IMG/VR virus record: IMGVR_UViG_651053023_000002
Span: 1 to 28,063 of that record
Strand: one strand, 5' to 3'
Origin: a virus
Lineage: Duplodnaviria > Heunggongvirae > Uroviricota > Caudoviricetes
DNA: 28,063 nucleotides
The notes under the pieces are model-generated. The model did not search any database, was not told where the DNA came from, and was given only the letters and a program-made list of their open reading frames with translations. Positions 17,056 through 28,063 of the stretch are shown here, piece after piece. The position numbers and the translations under genes are program-made. Numbering within the stretch: the first letter of the stretch is position 1; every line of letters starts with the position of its first letter.

Positions 17056-17382
17056 ATGACTAAAAATACTCGTTTTTCCCCCGAAGTCCGTCAGCGGGCG
17101 ATTCGTATGGTTCTGGAAAGTCAGGATGAATATGACTCACAGTGGGCGGCAATTTGTTCCATTGCCCCAAAGATTGGCTGTACGCCGGAGACTCTGCGTG
17201 TCTGGGTTCGCCAGCATGAGCGGGATACCGGGGGCGGTGATGGTGGGCTCACCAGCGCTGAACGTCAGCGTCTGAAAGAGCTGGAACGTGAAAATCGTGA
17301 ACTGCGCCGCAGTAACGATATCCTTCGCCAGGCTTCCGCTTATTTTGCGAAGGCGGAGTTCGACCGCCTCTGGAAAAAATGA
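17056..17382 (+). CDS. IS3-family transposase OrfA, 108 aa
   Basis: Identical to the copy-1 OrfA. Confidence 0.85.
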   Translation: MTKNTRFSPEVRQRAIRMVLESQDEYDSQWAAICSIAPKIGCTPETLRVWVRQHERDTGGGDGGLTSAERQRLKELERENRELRRSNDILRQASAYFAKAEFDRLWKK

Positions 17383-18269
17383 TGCCACTGCTGGATAAGC
17401 TGCGTGAGCAGTACGGGGTCGGACCGGTATGCAGCGAACTGCATATTGCCCCGTCAACGTATTACCATTGTCAGCAACAGCGACATCATCCGGATAAACG
17501 CAGTGCCCGTGCGCAGCACGACGACTGGCTGAAGAGAGAGATACAGCGCGTATACGATGAAAATCATCAGGTGTACGGTGTGCGTAAAGTCTGGCGTCAG
17601 TTGTTACGGGAAGGAATCAGGGTGGCCAGATGTACAGTGGCACGTCTCATGGCGGTTATGGGACTTGCCGGTGTTCTCCGGGGTAAAAAGGTCCGTACGA
17701 CCATCAGCCGGAAAGCCGTTGCCGCAGGCGACCGCGTAAACCGTCAGTTCGTGGCAGAACGACCTGACCAGCTGTGGGTGGCTGATTTTACTTACGTCAG
17801 CACATGGCAGGGCTTCGTCTATGTGGCGTTTATCATTGATGTGTTTGCCGGATACATCGTGGGGTGGCGGGTCTCATCGTCTATGGAAACGACATTCGTG
17901 CTGGATGCGCTGGAGCAGGCGTTGTGGGCCCGTCGTCCGTCTGGCACCATCCATCACAGCGATAAAGGCTCTCAGTATGTGTCACTGGCCTATACGGAGC
18001 GACTAAAAGAAGCCGGATTACTGGCATCAACAGGGAGTACAGGCGACTCGTATGACAACGCGATGGCTGAGAGCATCAATGGTCTTTACAAAGCGGAGGT
18101 AATACACCGTAAGAGCTGGAAAAACCGTGCAGAAGTGGAACTGGCCACACTAACGTGGGTGGACTGGTATAACAATCGACGATTGCTGGGAAGGCTGGGC
18201 CATACTCCTCCGGCAGAAGCAGAAAAAGCTTATTATGCTTCCATCGGAAACGATGATCTGGCAGCCTGA
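17379..18269 (+). CDS. IS3-family transposase OrfB, 296 aa
   Basis: DDE transposase. Has the W in GWRVSSS where copy 1 has G. Confidence 0.85.
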   Translation: MMPLLDKLREQYGVGPVCSELHIAPSTYYHCQQQRHHPDKRSARAQHDDWLKREIQRVYDENHQVYGVRKVWRQLLREGIRVARCTVARLMAVMGLAGVLRGKKVRTTISRKAVAAGDRVNRQFVAERPDQLWVADFTYVSTWQGFVYVAFIIDVFAGYIVGWRVSSSMETTFVLDALEQALWARRPSGTIHHSDKGSQYVSLAYTERLKEAGLLASTGSTGDSYDNAMAESINGLYKAEVIHRKSWKNRAEVELATLTWVDWYNNRRLLGRLGHTPPAEAEKAYYASIGNDDLAA

Positions 18270-18311
18270 GTTCACAGATAAAACACTCTCCAGGAAACCC
18301 GGGGCGGTTCA

Positions 18312-19373
18312 ATCAGTGCTTACACCGAGTGCTTTAGTGAAGTCATTTTTGTCAAGCAGGTTGATTTTGTAATCAACGAAAGTAGACATATTTTTGTTGA
18401 AGTAATAGGTTGCACCTACATCAACATATTTGACTAAGTCCTGATCGCCCCATACTCCAAGATCCTTACCTTTAGATTGCAGGTAAGCAACGGACGGACG
18501 CAGACCGAAATCGAACTGATATTGTGCAACAGCTTCGAAGTTTTGGGCTTTATTAGCAACGAAGTGATCAGCAAATACAGTCATATTCTGGGTTTCAGAA
18601 TAGGTAGTGGCCAGGTAAATGTTGTTAGCGTCATATTTCAGACCTGCGGCCCAAACTTCTGCATTTTTACCGGAAGCAAATACTTCAGGAAGAACTTTCC
18701 CTGCATTAACTTGAGTGTCGGTACGATCAGATTTCGCATAAGTTGCACCGATACCGAATCCTTCGTATTCATAGGTAGCAGAGAAACCGAAGCCATCACC
18801 GTTACCTTCAGTGTAGTTATCGAAATCGCTACGATCGTTTTTGCCTTGGTACTGAGCAGCAAAGTTCAGACCATCAACCAGACCAAAGAAGTCGTTGTTA
18901 CGATAGGTTGCAACACCAGTTGCACGTTGAGTCATGAACACGTCGGTTTGAGTCCAAGTGTCACCACCGAATTCTGGCAGGACGTCAGTCCACGCACCGA
19001 TGTCGTATGCTACACCGTAGTTACGGCCGTAATCGATGGAGCCGTAGTCACCGAATTTCAGGCCAGCGAAGGCAAGACGGGTTTTATCTTTGGAGGAACC
19101 TTGAGATTCAGCGCGGTTGCCTTTGAATTCATATTCCCACTGACCGAAACCAGTCAGTTGATCGTTGATTTGGGTTTCACCTTTGAAGCCAAGATGGGCA
19201 TAAGTAGTATCACCATCATCTGCATCATTAGAGGAGAAGTAGTGCTTAGCATTAACTTTCCCGTACAGATCCAGCTTGTTACTGTCTTTATTATAAATTT
19301 CAGCTGCCTGAGCAGACATCGCCATCAGTACTGATGCAGCTACAGCAGAAATTGCCACTGTTAATTTTTTCAT
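18312..19373 (-). pseudogene. nmpC: nmpC outer-membrane porin (OmpC/OmpF family), 5' 354 codons, truncated by IS copy 2
   Basis: Signal peptide [23 protein letters not shown] then [17 protein letters not shown]...[22 protein letters not shown]...[17 protein letters not shown]. Frame is continuous with 16963..17001 after removing the IS and one ATC. Confidence 0.85.
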
Positions 19374-19800
19374 CGTGAGCCCTTTTTTTGAACTATTATT
19401 AAAAAATGATGTCACTGCGCGATAAATATTCATCTAATCAATGTGATTATTTCAAGATGTAAGTTTTGGTTTCTCGTTTGATTTGTGAAGTAGATCTCTA
19501 TTTTTATCTGAACTTTTTTCTATCGAATCCTATTCATGGCTCTTGGCTGAATAAAAATAAATCTATTAGCCAATTTATATTAACGGCTGTTATTTATAAG
19601 CGCTCTATAATTTGAAGGTTCAATTTAAACCGGCTAAAAATAACACTGGAAATTATTTTTTGGTTATTTGTTGAGATTTGCTTATGTATTTGTAGTGGTG
19701 TTTTCAATACTCGGTAGCATTCTCTCAAATATCATTTAGTGGTTTACGTACGTAAAAAATTGGTTATGCTGTTAAGAGTGGTTACTTCGTCACACAGCTT

Positions 19801-19842
19801 AAACCCGCCGTCGAGCGGGTTTTTCCATTTTTTGAGTCTCGA
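19801..19842 (+). terminator. Rho-independent terminator upstream of the lysis cassette (candidate tR' of the late leader)
   Basis: Hairpin AAACCCGCcgtcgaGCGGGTTT followed by TTCCATTTTTTG, about 100 nt before essD. Confidence 0.6.
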
Positions 19843-19945
19843 TATTAGCTGATAACCCAATACCTGAGTTATTCACTGACTCCGAGTCTGTTACGTTTCG
19901 TAGTATTCCCTCAATTTACACCCGCTTTGTCTGCGAGGTGGGGTT

Positions 19946-20161
19946 ATGAAATCCATGGATAAGTTAACAACGGGTGTCGCCTATGGCACCTCAGCAGGTA
20001 GTGCCGGGTACTGGTTTTTACAGCTGCTAGATAAAGTCACTCCCTCACAGTGGGCAGCAATAGGTGTGCTGGGTAGCCTGGTATTTGGCCTGCTGACGTA
20101 CCTGACAAACCTTTATTTCAAGATTAAAGAAGATAAGCGCAAGGCTGCGAGAGGTGAATAA
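19946..20161 (+). CDS. essD: Phage 21-type pinholin S (71 aa)
   Basis: [71 protein letters not shown]. Two TMDs. Matches S21/EssD. Confidence 0.85.
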
Positions 20162-20658
20162 TGCCTCCATCATTACGAAAAGCCGTTGCTGCTGCTATTG
20201 GTGGCGGAGCAATTGCTATAGCATCAGTGTTAATCACTGGCCCAAGTGGTAACGATGGTCTGGAAGGTGTCAGCTACATACCATACAAAGATATTGTTGG
20301 TGTATGGACTGTATGTCACGGACACACCGGAAAAGACATCATGCTCGGTAAAACGTATACCAAAGCAGAATGCAAAGCACTCTTGAATAAAGACCTTGCC
20401 ACTGTCGCCAGACAAATTAACCCGTATATCAAAGTCGATATACCGGAAACAACGCGCGGCGCTCTTTACTCATTCGTTTACAACGTGGGTGCTGGCAATT
20501 TTAGAACATCGACGCTTCTTCGCAAAATAAACCAGGGCGATATCAAAGGCGCATGTGATCAGCTGCGTCGCTGGACATACGCTGGCGGTAAGCAATGGAA
20601 AGGCCTGATGACTCGTCGTGAGATTGAGCGTGAAGTCTGTTTGTGGGGGCAACAGTGA
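20161..20658 (+). CDS. rrrD: SAR endolysin (phage 21 R-type lysozyme), 165 aa
   Basis: N-terminal signal-anchor-release segment ([20 protein letters not shown]). Lysozyme catalytic region (E...D...T motif context [13 protein letters not shown]). TAATG overlap with the holin. Confidence 0.85.
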
Positions 20659-21116
20659 GCAGAGTAACCGCGATTATATCCGCTCTGATTATCTGCATCA
20701 TCGTCAGCCTGTCATGGGCGGTCAATCATTACCGTGATAACGCAATCGCCTACAAAGTCCAGCGCGACAAAAATGCCAGAGAACTGAAGCTAGCGAACGC
20801 GGCAATTACTGACATGCAGATGCGTCAGCGTGATGTTGCTGCGCTCGATGCAAAATACACGAAGGAGTTAGCTGATGCGAAAGCTGAAAATGATGCTCTG
20901 CGTGATGATGTTGCCGCTGGTCGTCGTCGGTTGCACATCAAAGCAGTCTGTCAGTCAGTGCGTGAAGCCACCACGGCCTCCGGCGTGGATAATGCAGCCT
21001 CCCCCCGACTGGCAGACACCGCTGAACGGGATTATTTCACCCTCAGAGAGAGGCTGATCACTATGCAAAAACAACTGGAAGGAACCCAGAAGTATATTAA
21101 TGAGCAGTGCAGATAG
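20655..21116 (+). CDS. rzpD: i-spanin Rz (153 aa); apparent GTG start overlapping the endolysin stop
   Basis: [51 protein letters not shown]... near-identical to lambda Rz as recalled. Confidence 0.85.
20875..21057 (+). CDS. rzoD: o-spanin Rz1 lipoprotein (60 aa), embedded in the +1 frame of Rz
   Basis: [60 protein letters not shown]. Lipobox VVGC and proline-rich region. Confidence 0.8.
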   Translation: MRKLKMMLCVMMLPLVVVGCTSKQSVSQCVKPPRPPAWIMQPPPDWQTPLNGIISPSERG

Positions 21117-21147
21117 AGCTGACCATATCGATGGGCAACTCATGCAA

Positions 21148-21441
21148 TTATTTTGAGCAATACACACGCGCTTCCAGCGGAGTATAAATGCCTAAAGTAA
21201 TAAAACCGAGCAATCCATTTACGAATGTTTGCTGGGTTTCTGTTTTAACAACATTTTCTGCGCCGCCACAAATTTTAGCTGCATCGACAGTTTTCTTCTG
21301 CCCAATTCCAGAAACGAAGAAATGATGGGTGATGGTTTCCTTTGGTGCTACTGCTGTCTGTTTGTTTTGAACAGTAAATGTCTGTTGAGCACATCCTGTA
21401 ATAAGCAGGGCCAGCGCAGTAGCGAGTAGCATTTTTTTCAT
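21148..21441 (-). CDS. borD: Bor lipoprotein (serum resistance), 97 aa
   Basis: MKKMLLATALALLITGCAQQTFTVQNKQTAVAPKETITHHFFVSGIGQKKTVDAAKICGGAENVVKTETQQTFVNGLLGFITLGIYTPLEARVYCSK matches lambda Bor. Confidence 0.9.
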   Translation of the reverse strand: MKKMLLATALALLITGCAQQTFTVQNKQTAVAPKETITHHFFVSGIGQKKTVDAAKICGGAENVVKTETQQTFVNGLLGFITLGIYTPLEARVYCSK

Positions 21442-21731
21442 GGTGTTATTCCCGATGCTTTTTGAAGTTCGCAGAATCGTATGTGTAGAAAATTAAACAA
21501 ACCCTAAACAATGAGTTGAAATTTCATATTGTTAATATTTATTAATGTATGCCAGGTGCGATGAATCGTCATTGTATTCCCGGATTAACTATGTCCACAG
21601 CCCTGACGGGGAACTTCTCTGCGGGAGTGTCCGGGAATAATTAAAAACGATGCACACAGGGTTTAGCGCGTACATGTATTGTATTATGCCAACACCCCGG
21701 TGCTGACACGGAAGAAACCGGACGTTATGAT

Positions 21732-22265
21732 TTAGCGTGGAAAGATTTGTGTAGTGTTCTGAATGCTCTCAGTAAATAGTAATGAATTATCAAAGGTATA
21801 GTAATATCTTTTATGTTCGTGGATATTTGTAATCCATCGGAAAACTCCTGCTTTAGCAAGATTTTCCCTGTATTGCTGAAATGTGATTTCTCTTGATTTC
21901 AACCTATCATAGGACGTTTCTATAAGATGCGTATTTCTTGAGAATTTAACATTTACAACCTTTTTAAGTCCTTTTATTAACACGGTGTTATCGTTTTCTA
22001 ACACAATGTGAATATTATCTGTGGCTAGATAGTAAATATAATGTGAGACATTGTGACGTTTTAGTTCAGAATAAAACAATTCACAGTTTAAATCTTTTCG
22101 CACTTGATCGAATATTTCTTTAAAAATGGCAACCTGAGCCATTGGTAAAACCTTCCATGTGATACGAGGGCGCGTAGTTTGCATTATCGTTTTTATCGCT
22201 TCAATCTGGTCTGACCTCTTTGTGTTTTGTTGATGATTTATGTCAAATATTAGGAATGTTTTCAA
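21732..22265 (-). CDS. ybcV: YbcV-like protein (ORF 177 aa; alternative start at 22142 gives 136 aa)
   Basis: Position between bor and ybcW as in DLP12. No catalytic motif recognised. Confidence 0.6.
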   Translation of the reverse strand: MKTFLIFDINHQQNTKRSDQIEAIKTIMQTTRPRITWKVLPMAQVAIFKEIFDQVRKDLNCELFYSELKRHNVSHYIYYLATDNIHIVLENDNTVLIKGLKKVVNVKFSRNTHLIETSYDRLKSREITFQQYRENLAKAGVFRWITNIHEHKRYYYTFDNSLLFTESIQNTTQIFPR

Positions 22266-22427
22266 TTAATAGTATTGGTTGCGTAACAAAGTGCGGTCCT
22301 GCTGGCATTCTGGAGGGAAATACAACCGACAGATGTATGTAAGGCCAACGTGCTCAAACCTTCATACAGAAAGATTTGAAGTAATATTTTAACCGCTAGA
22401 TGAAGAGCAAGCGCATGGAGCGACAAA

Positions 22428-22634
22428 ATGAATAAAGAACAATCTGCTGATGATCCCTCCGTGGATCTGATTCGTGTAAAAAATATGCTTAATAGCACCA
22501 TTTCTATGAGTTACCCTGATGTTGTAATTGCATGTATAGAACATAAGGTGTCTCTGGAAGCATTCAGGGCAATTGAGGCAGCGTTGGTGAAGCACGATAA
22601 TAATATGAAGGATTATTCCCTGGTGGTTGACTGA
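22428..22634 (+). CDS. ybcW: YbcW-like small protein (68 aa)
   Basis: [68 protein letters not shown]. Position-conserved in DLP12. Confidence 0.6.
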
Positions 22635-22798
22635 TCACCATAACTGCTAATCATTCAAACTACTTAACCTGTGACAGAGCCAACACGCAGTCTGTCACTG
22701 TCAGGAAAGTGGTAAAACTGCAACTCAATTACTGCAATGCCCTCGTAATTAAGTGAATTTACAATATCGTCCTGTTCGGAGGGAAGAACGCGGGATGT

Positions 22799-22993
22799 TC
22801 ATTCTTCATCACTTTTAATTGATGTATATGCTCTCTTTTCTGACGTTAGCCTCCGACGGCAGGCTTCAATGACCCAGGCTGAGAAATTCCCGGACCCTTT
22901 TTGCTCAAGAGCGATGTTAATTTGTTCAATCATTTGGTTAGGAAAGCGGATGTTGCGGGTTGTTGTTCTGCGGGTTCTGTTCTTAGTTGACAT
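22799..22993 (-). CDS. ylcI: YlcI-like small basic protein (64 aa)
   Basis: MSTKNRTRRTTTRNIRFPNQMIEQINIALEQKGSGNFSAWVIEACRRRL... Ribbon-helix-helix/CopG-like pattern possible. Confidence 0.55.
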   Translation of the reverse strand: MSTKNRTRRTTTRNIRFPNQMIEQINIALEQKGSGNFSAWVIEACRRRLTSEKRAYTSIKSDEE

Positions 22994-23180
22994 GAGGTTG
23001 CCCCGTATTCAGTGTCGCTGATTTGTATTGTCTGAAGTTGTTTTTACGTTAAGTTGATGCAGATCAATTAATACGATACCTGCGTCATAATTGATTATTT
23101 GACGTGGTTTGATGGCGTAGATGCACGTTGTGACATGTAGATGATAATTATTATCATTTTGTGGGTCCTTTCCGGCGATC

Positions 23181-23381
23181 CGACAGGTTACGGGGCGGCG
23201 ACCTCGCGGGTTTTCGCTATTTATGAAAATTTTCCGGTTTAAGGCGTTTCCGTTCTTCTTCGTCATAACTTAATGTTTTTATTTAAAATACCCTCTGAAA
23301 AGAAAGGAAACGACAGGTGCTGAAAGCGAGCTTTTTGGCCTCTGTCGTTTCCTTTCTCTGTTTTTGTCCGTGGAATGAACA
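23181..23381. other. Lambda-type cos site (cosN with 12-nt cohesive-end sequence GGGCGGCGACCT at 23193-23204, and cosB towards nohD)
   Basis: CGACAGGTTACG|GGGCGGCGACCT|CGCGGGTTTTCGCTATTTATGAAAATTTTCCGG... matches the lambda genome ends as recalled, directly upstream of Nu1. Confidence 0.85.
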
Positions 23382-26406
<3,025 letters not shown>

Positions 26407-26506
26407 ATTTTAGCCCCATCATCTGTGTTTTTTTTCATTAATTTCACCATGTTATAGTTTTATTTGTGAATTAAATCAATTATGGCAATGAATTACAAGG
26501 GGTTAA

Positions 26507-26767
26507 ATGCTGCCGCAGCATAGCGATATTGAAATAGCCTGGTATGCTTCAATACAGCAGGAGCCGAATAGCTGGAAGACCGTCACCACACAGTTCTACA
26601 TCCAGGAATTCAGTGAGTATATTGCGCCACTGCAGGATGCTGTAGATCTGGAAATCGCAACGGAGAAAGAAAGATCGTTGCTGGAAGCCTGAAAAAAGTA
26701 TCGGGTGCTGCTAAACCGTGTGGACACTTCCGTAGCACCAGATATCGAGTGGCTTATTCAACCATAA
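26507..26767 (+). pseudogene. tfaX: Tail fibre assembly (Tfa) gene fragment with an in-frame TGA at 26690-26692
   Basis: ...[48 protein letters not shown]-stop is one continuous frame. It matches the conserved Tfa C-terminal motif (AVDLGIATD...[18 protein letters not shown]) with W replaced by TGA. Confidence 0.6.
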
Positions 26768-27313
26768 TAAACAGTATGTATATCATAGGTTATTAATTGT
26801 GAGTTTTTTCGGTGTGTTATTTGTTTGTTTGATGTTATGCTTTTGCGCCCCAAAAGGTTGTTTAGATGTATTTTATCAATTGATTTTCAATATCGTTTAA
26901 TAAAGAAAAATTAAGCAAGCTGGATGTTGGTTTTTTGTTAATTGAATGGTTCTAATAATGTTTTTTTACTGTTGTTGAATGTGACTTGATAAGAAATGCA
27001 AGTAAAAATGATACTCTTTTTATTTTAAATTCAAACGGTTGACATATATATAGCAAGAGGTTTCAGGTGCGTTGTAGTGAGTTTATGTTAATAAAAAGTA
27101 TAGTAAGCGTTGAAAAATGTAACTTTGAAATACGTTAGAATAAAAAACAATATACATATAATAATTTAATCTTAAATGAAATTTATTAAAATTTGCAAAA
27201 ATATAATTTTGTGTATAAAAATATAAATGCACATCATCCTGATTATGATTGTGTATTTAATTGGTTGTTATTTGACTGCTATCAACTTGTTTTAATTTTA
27301 TGATAGGTGCAAG

Positions 27314-28063
27314 ATGGATTATGTTTGCTCCGTAGTTTTCATCTGTCAATCATTTGATTTAATTATAAACAGGAGAGTTATCTCGTTCAAAAAAAATTCA
27401 TTGTTTATTGTAAGCGACAAAATTAGAAGGGAGTTACCAGTATGCCCCTCTAAACTAAGAATTGTTGATATAGATAAGAAAACATGTTTATCCTTTTTTA
27501 TCGACGTGAATAATGAGCTGCCTGGCAAATTTACTCTTGATAAGAATGGCTATATTGCTGAAGGGGAACCTCCATTATCGCTTGTTTTTTCTCTGTTTGA
27601 AGGGATTAAAATAGCAGACTCACACTCCCTTTGGTTAAAAGAAAGACTATGTATATCCTTACTTGCCATGTTCAAAAAACGCGAAAGTGTAAATTCTTTT
27701 ATACTAACAAATATAAATACATTTACCTGTAAAATTACTGGAATAATCAGTTTTAATATTGAGCGGCAATGGCATTTAAAAGATATTGCGGAATTGATTT
27801 ATACGAGTGAAAGTTTAATAAAAAAAAGATTAAGGGATGAAGGAACATCATTTACTGAAATATTGAGAGATACTAGGATGAGGTATGCAAAAAAACTCAT
27901 AACTTCAAACTCTTATTCTATCAATGTCGTAGCCCAGAAATGTGGCTATAACAGTACTTCATATTTCATATGTGCATTTAAAGATTATTATGGTGTCACG
28001 CCATCTCATTATTTTGAGAAAATAATCGGCGTCACAGATGGAATAAACAAAACAATTGACTGA
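27314..28063 (+). CDS. appY: AraC-family transcriptional activator AppY (249 aa)
   Basis: [47 protein letters not shown]...[23 protein letters not shown] matches E. coli AppY. Low-GC gene preceded by a long AT-rich region. Confidence 0.9.
   Translation: MDYVCSVVFICQSFDLIINRRVISFKKNSLFIVSDKIRRELPVCPSKLRIVDIDKKTCLSFFIDVNNELPGKFTLDKNGYIAEGEPPLSLVFSLFEGIKIADSHSLWLKERLCISLLAMFKKRESVNSFILTNINTFTCKITGIISFNIERQWHLKDIAELIYTSESLIKKRLRDEGTSFTEILRDTRMRYAKKLITSNSYSINVVAQKCGYNSTSYFICAFKDYYGVTPSHYFEKIIGVTDGINKTID

Larger units (their letters stand above)
17002..18311 (+). mobile_element. IS3-family insertion sequence, 1310 bp, IS629/IS1203/IS3411-like, copy 2
   Basis: Same termini as copy 1. 3-bp target duplication ATC (16999-17001 and 18312-18314). 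Inserted in nmpC. Confidence 0.85.

Noticed and set aside
1939-18311. Past inversion of the 13.7-kb segment between the two inverted IS3-family copies
   Set aside because: The two nmpC halves directly flank copy 2 in collinear, in-frame arrangement, and the int-xis side of copy 1 is in the normal prophage order. The 3-bp duplications are reverse complements of each other and uninformative.
18477-19334. 285-aa plus-strand ORF antisense to nmpC
   Set aside because: Lies entirely inside the well-supported porin gene on the opposite strand and has no motif of its own. Judged a codon-bias artefact.

Overview
This window is one decayed, mosaic lambdoid prophage of the DLP12 type (Escherichia/Shigella-like), running from the integrase stop codon at position 1 to appY at the window end. 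All identifications are from reading the sequence and recalling well-known phage and E. coli proteins; no database search was run. Order: int - xis - small early-left ORFs - [IS3-family copy 1] - exo - in-frame gam'::'bet fusion - kilR-like - OL/pL - lipoprotein in the rexAB position - cI - OR - cro (YdaS-like) - YdaT-like - O with ori iterons - P - ren - emrE - ybcK::IS2 - ybcL - ybcM - ylcH - ybcN - ninE - ybcO - rusA - ylcG - quuD - nmpC::[IS3-family copy 2] - essD - rrrD - rzpD/rzoD - borD - ybcV - ybcW - ylcI - cos - nohD'::'I'::'J' - tfa fragment - appY. The prophage carries three IS insertions with intact target-site duplications and at least four deletion junctions that removed most of the Red module and nearly all head and tail genes. 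The best candidate for an undescribed function is the 126-aa lipoprotein between cI and OL, in the slot lambda uses for rexAB; this is a positional inference only. No CRISPR array, tRNA or rRNA was seen.
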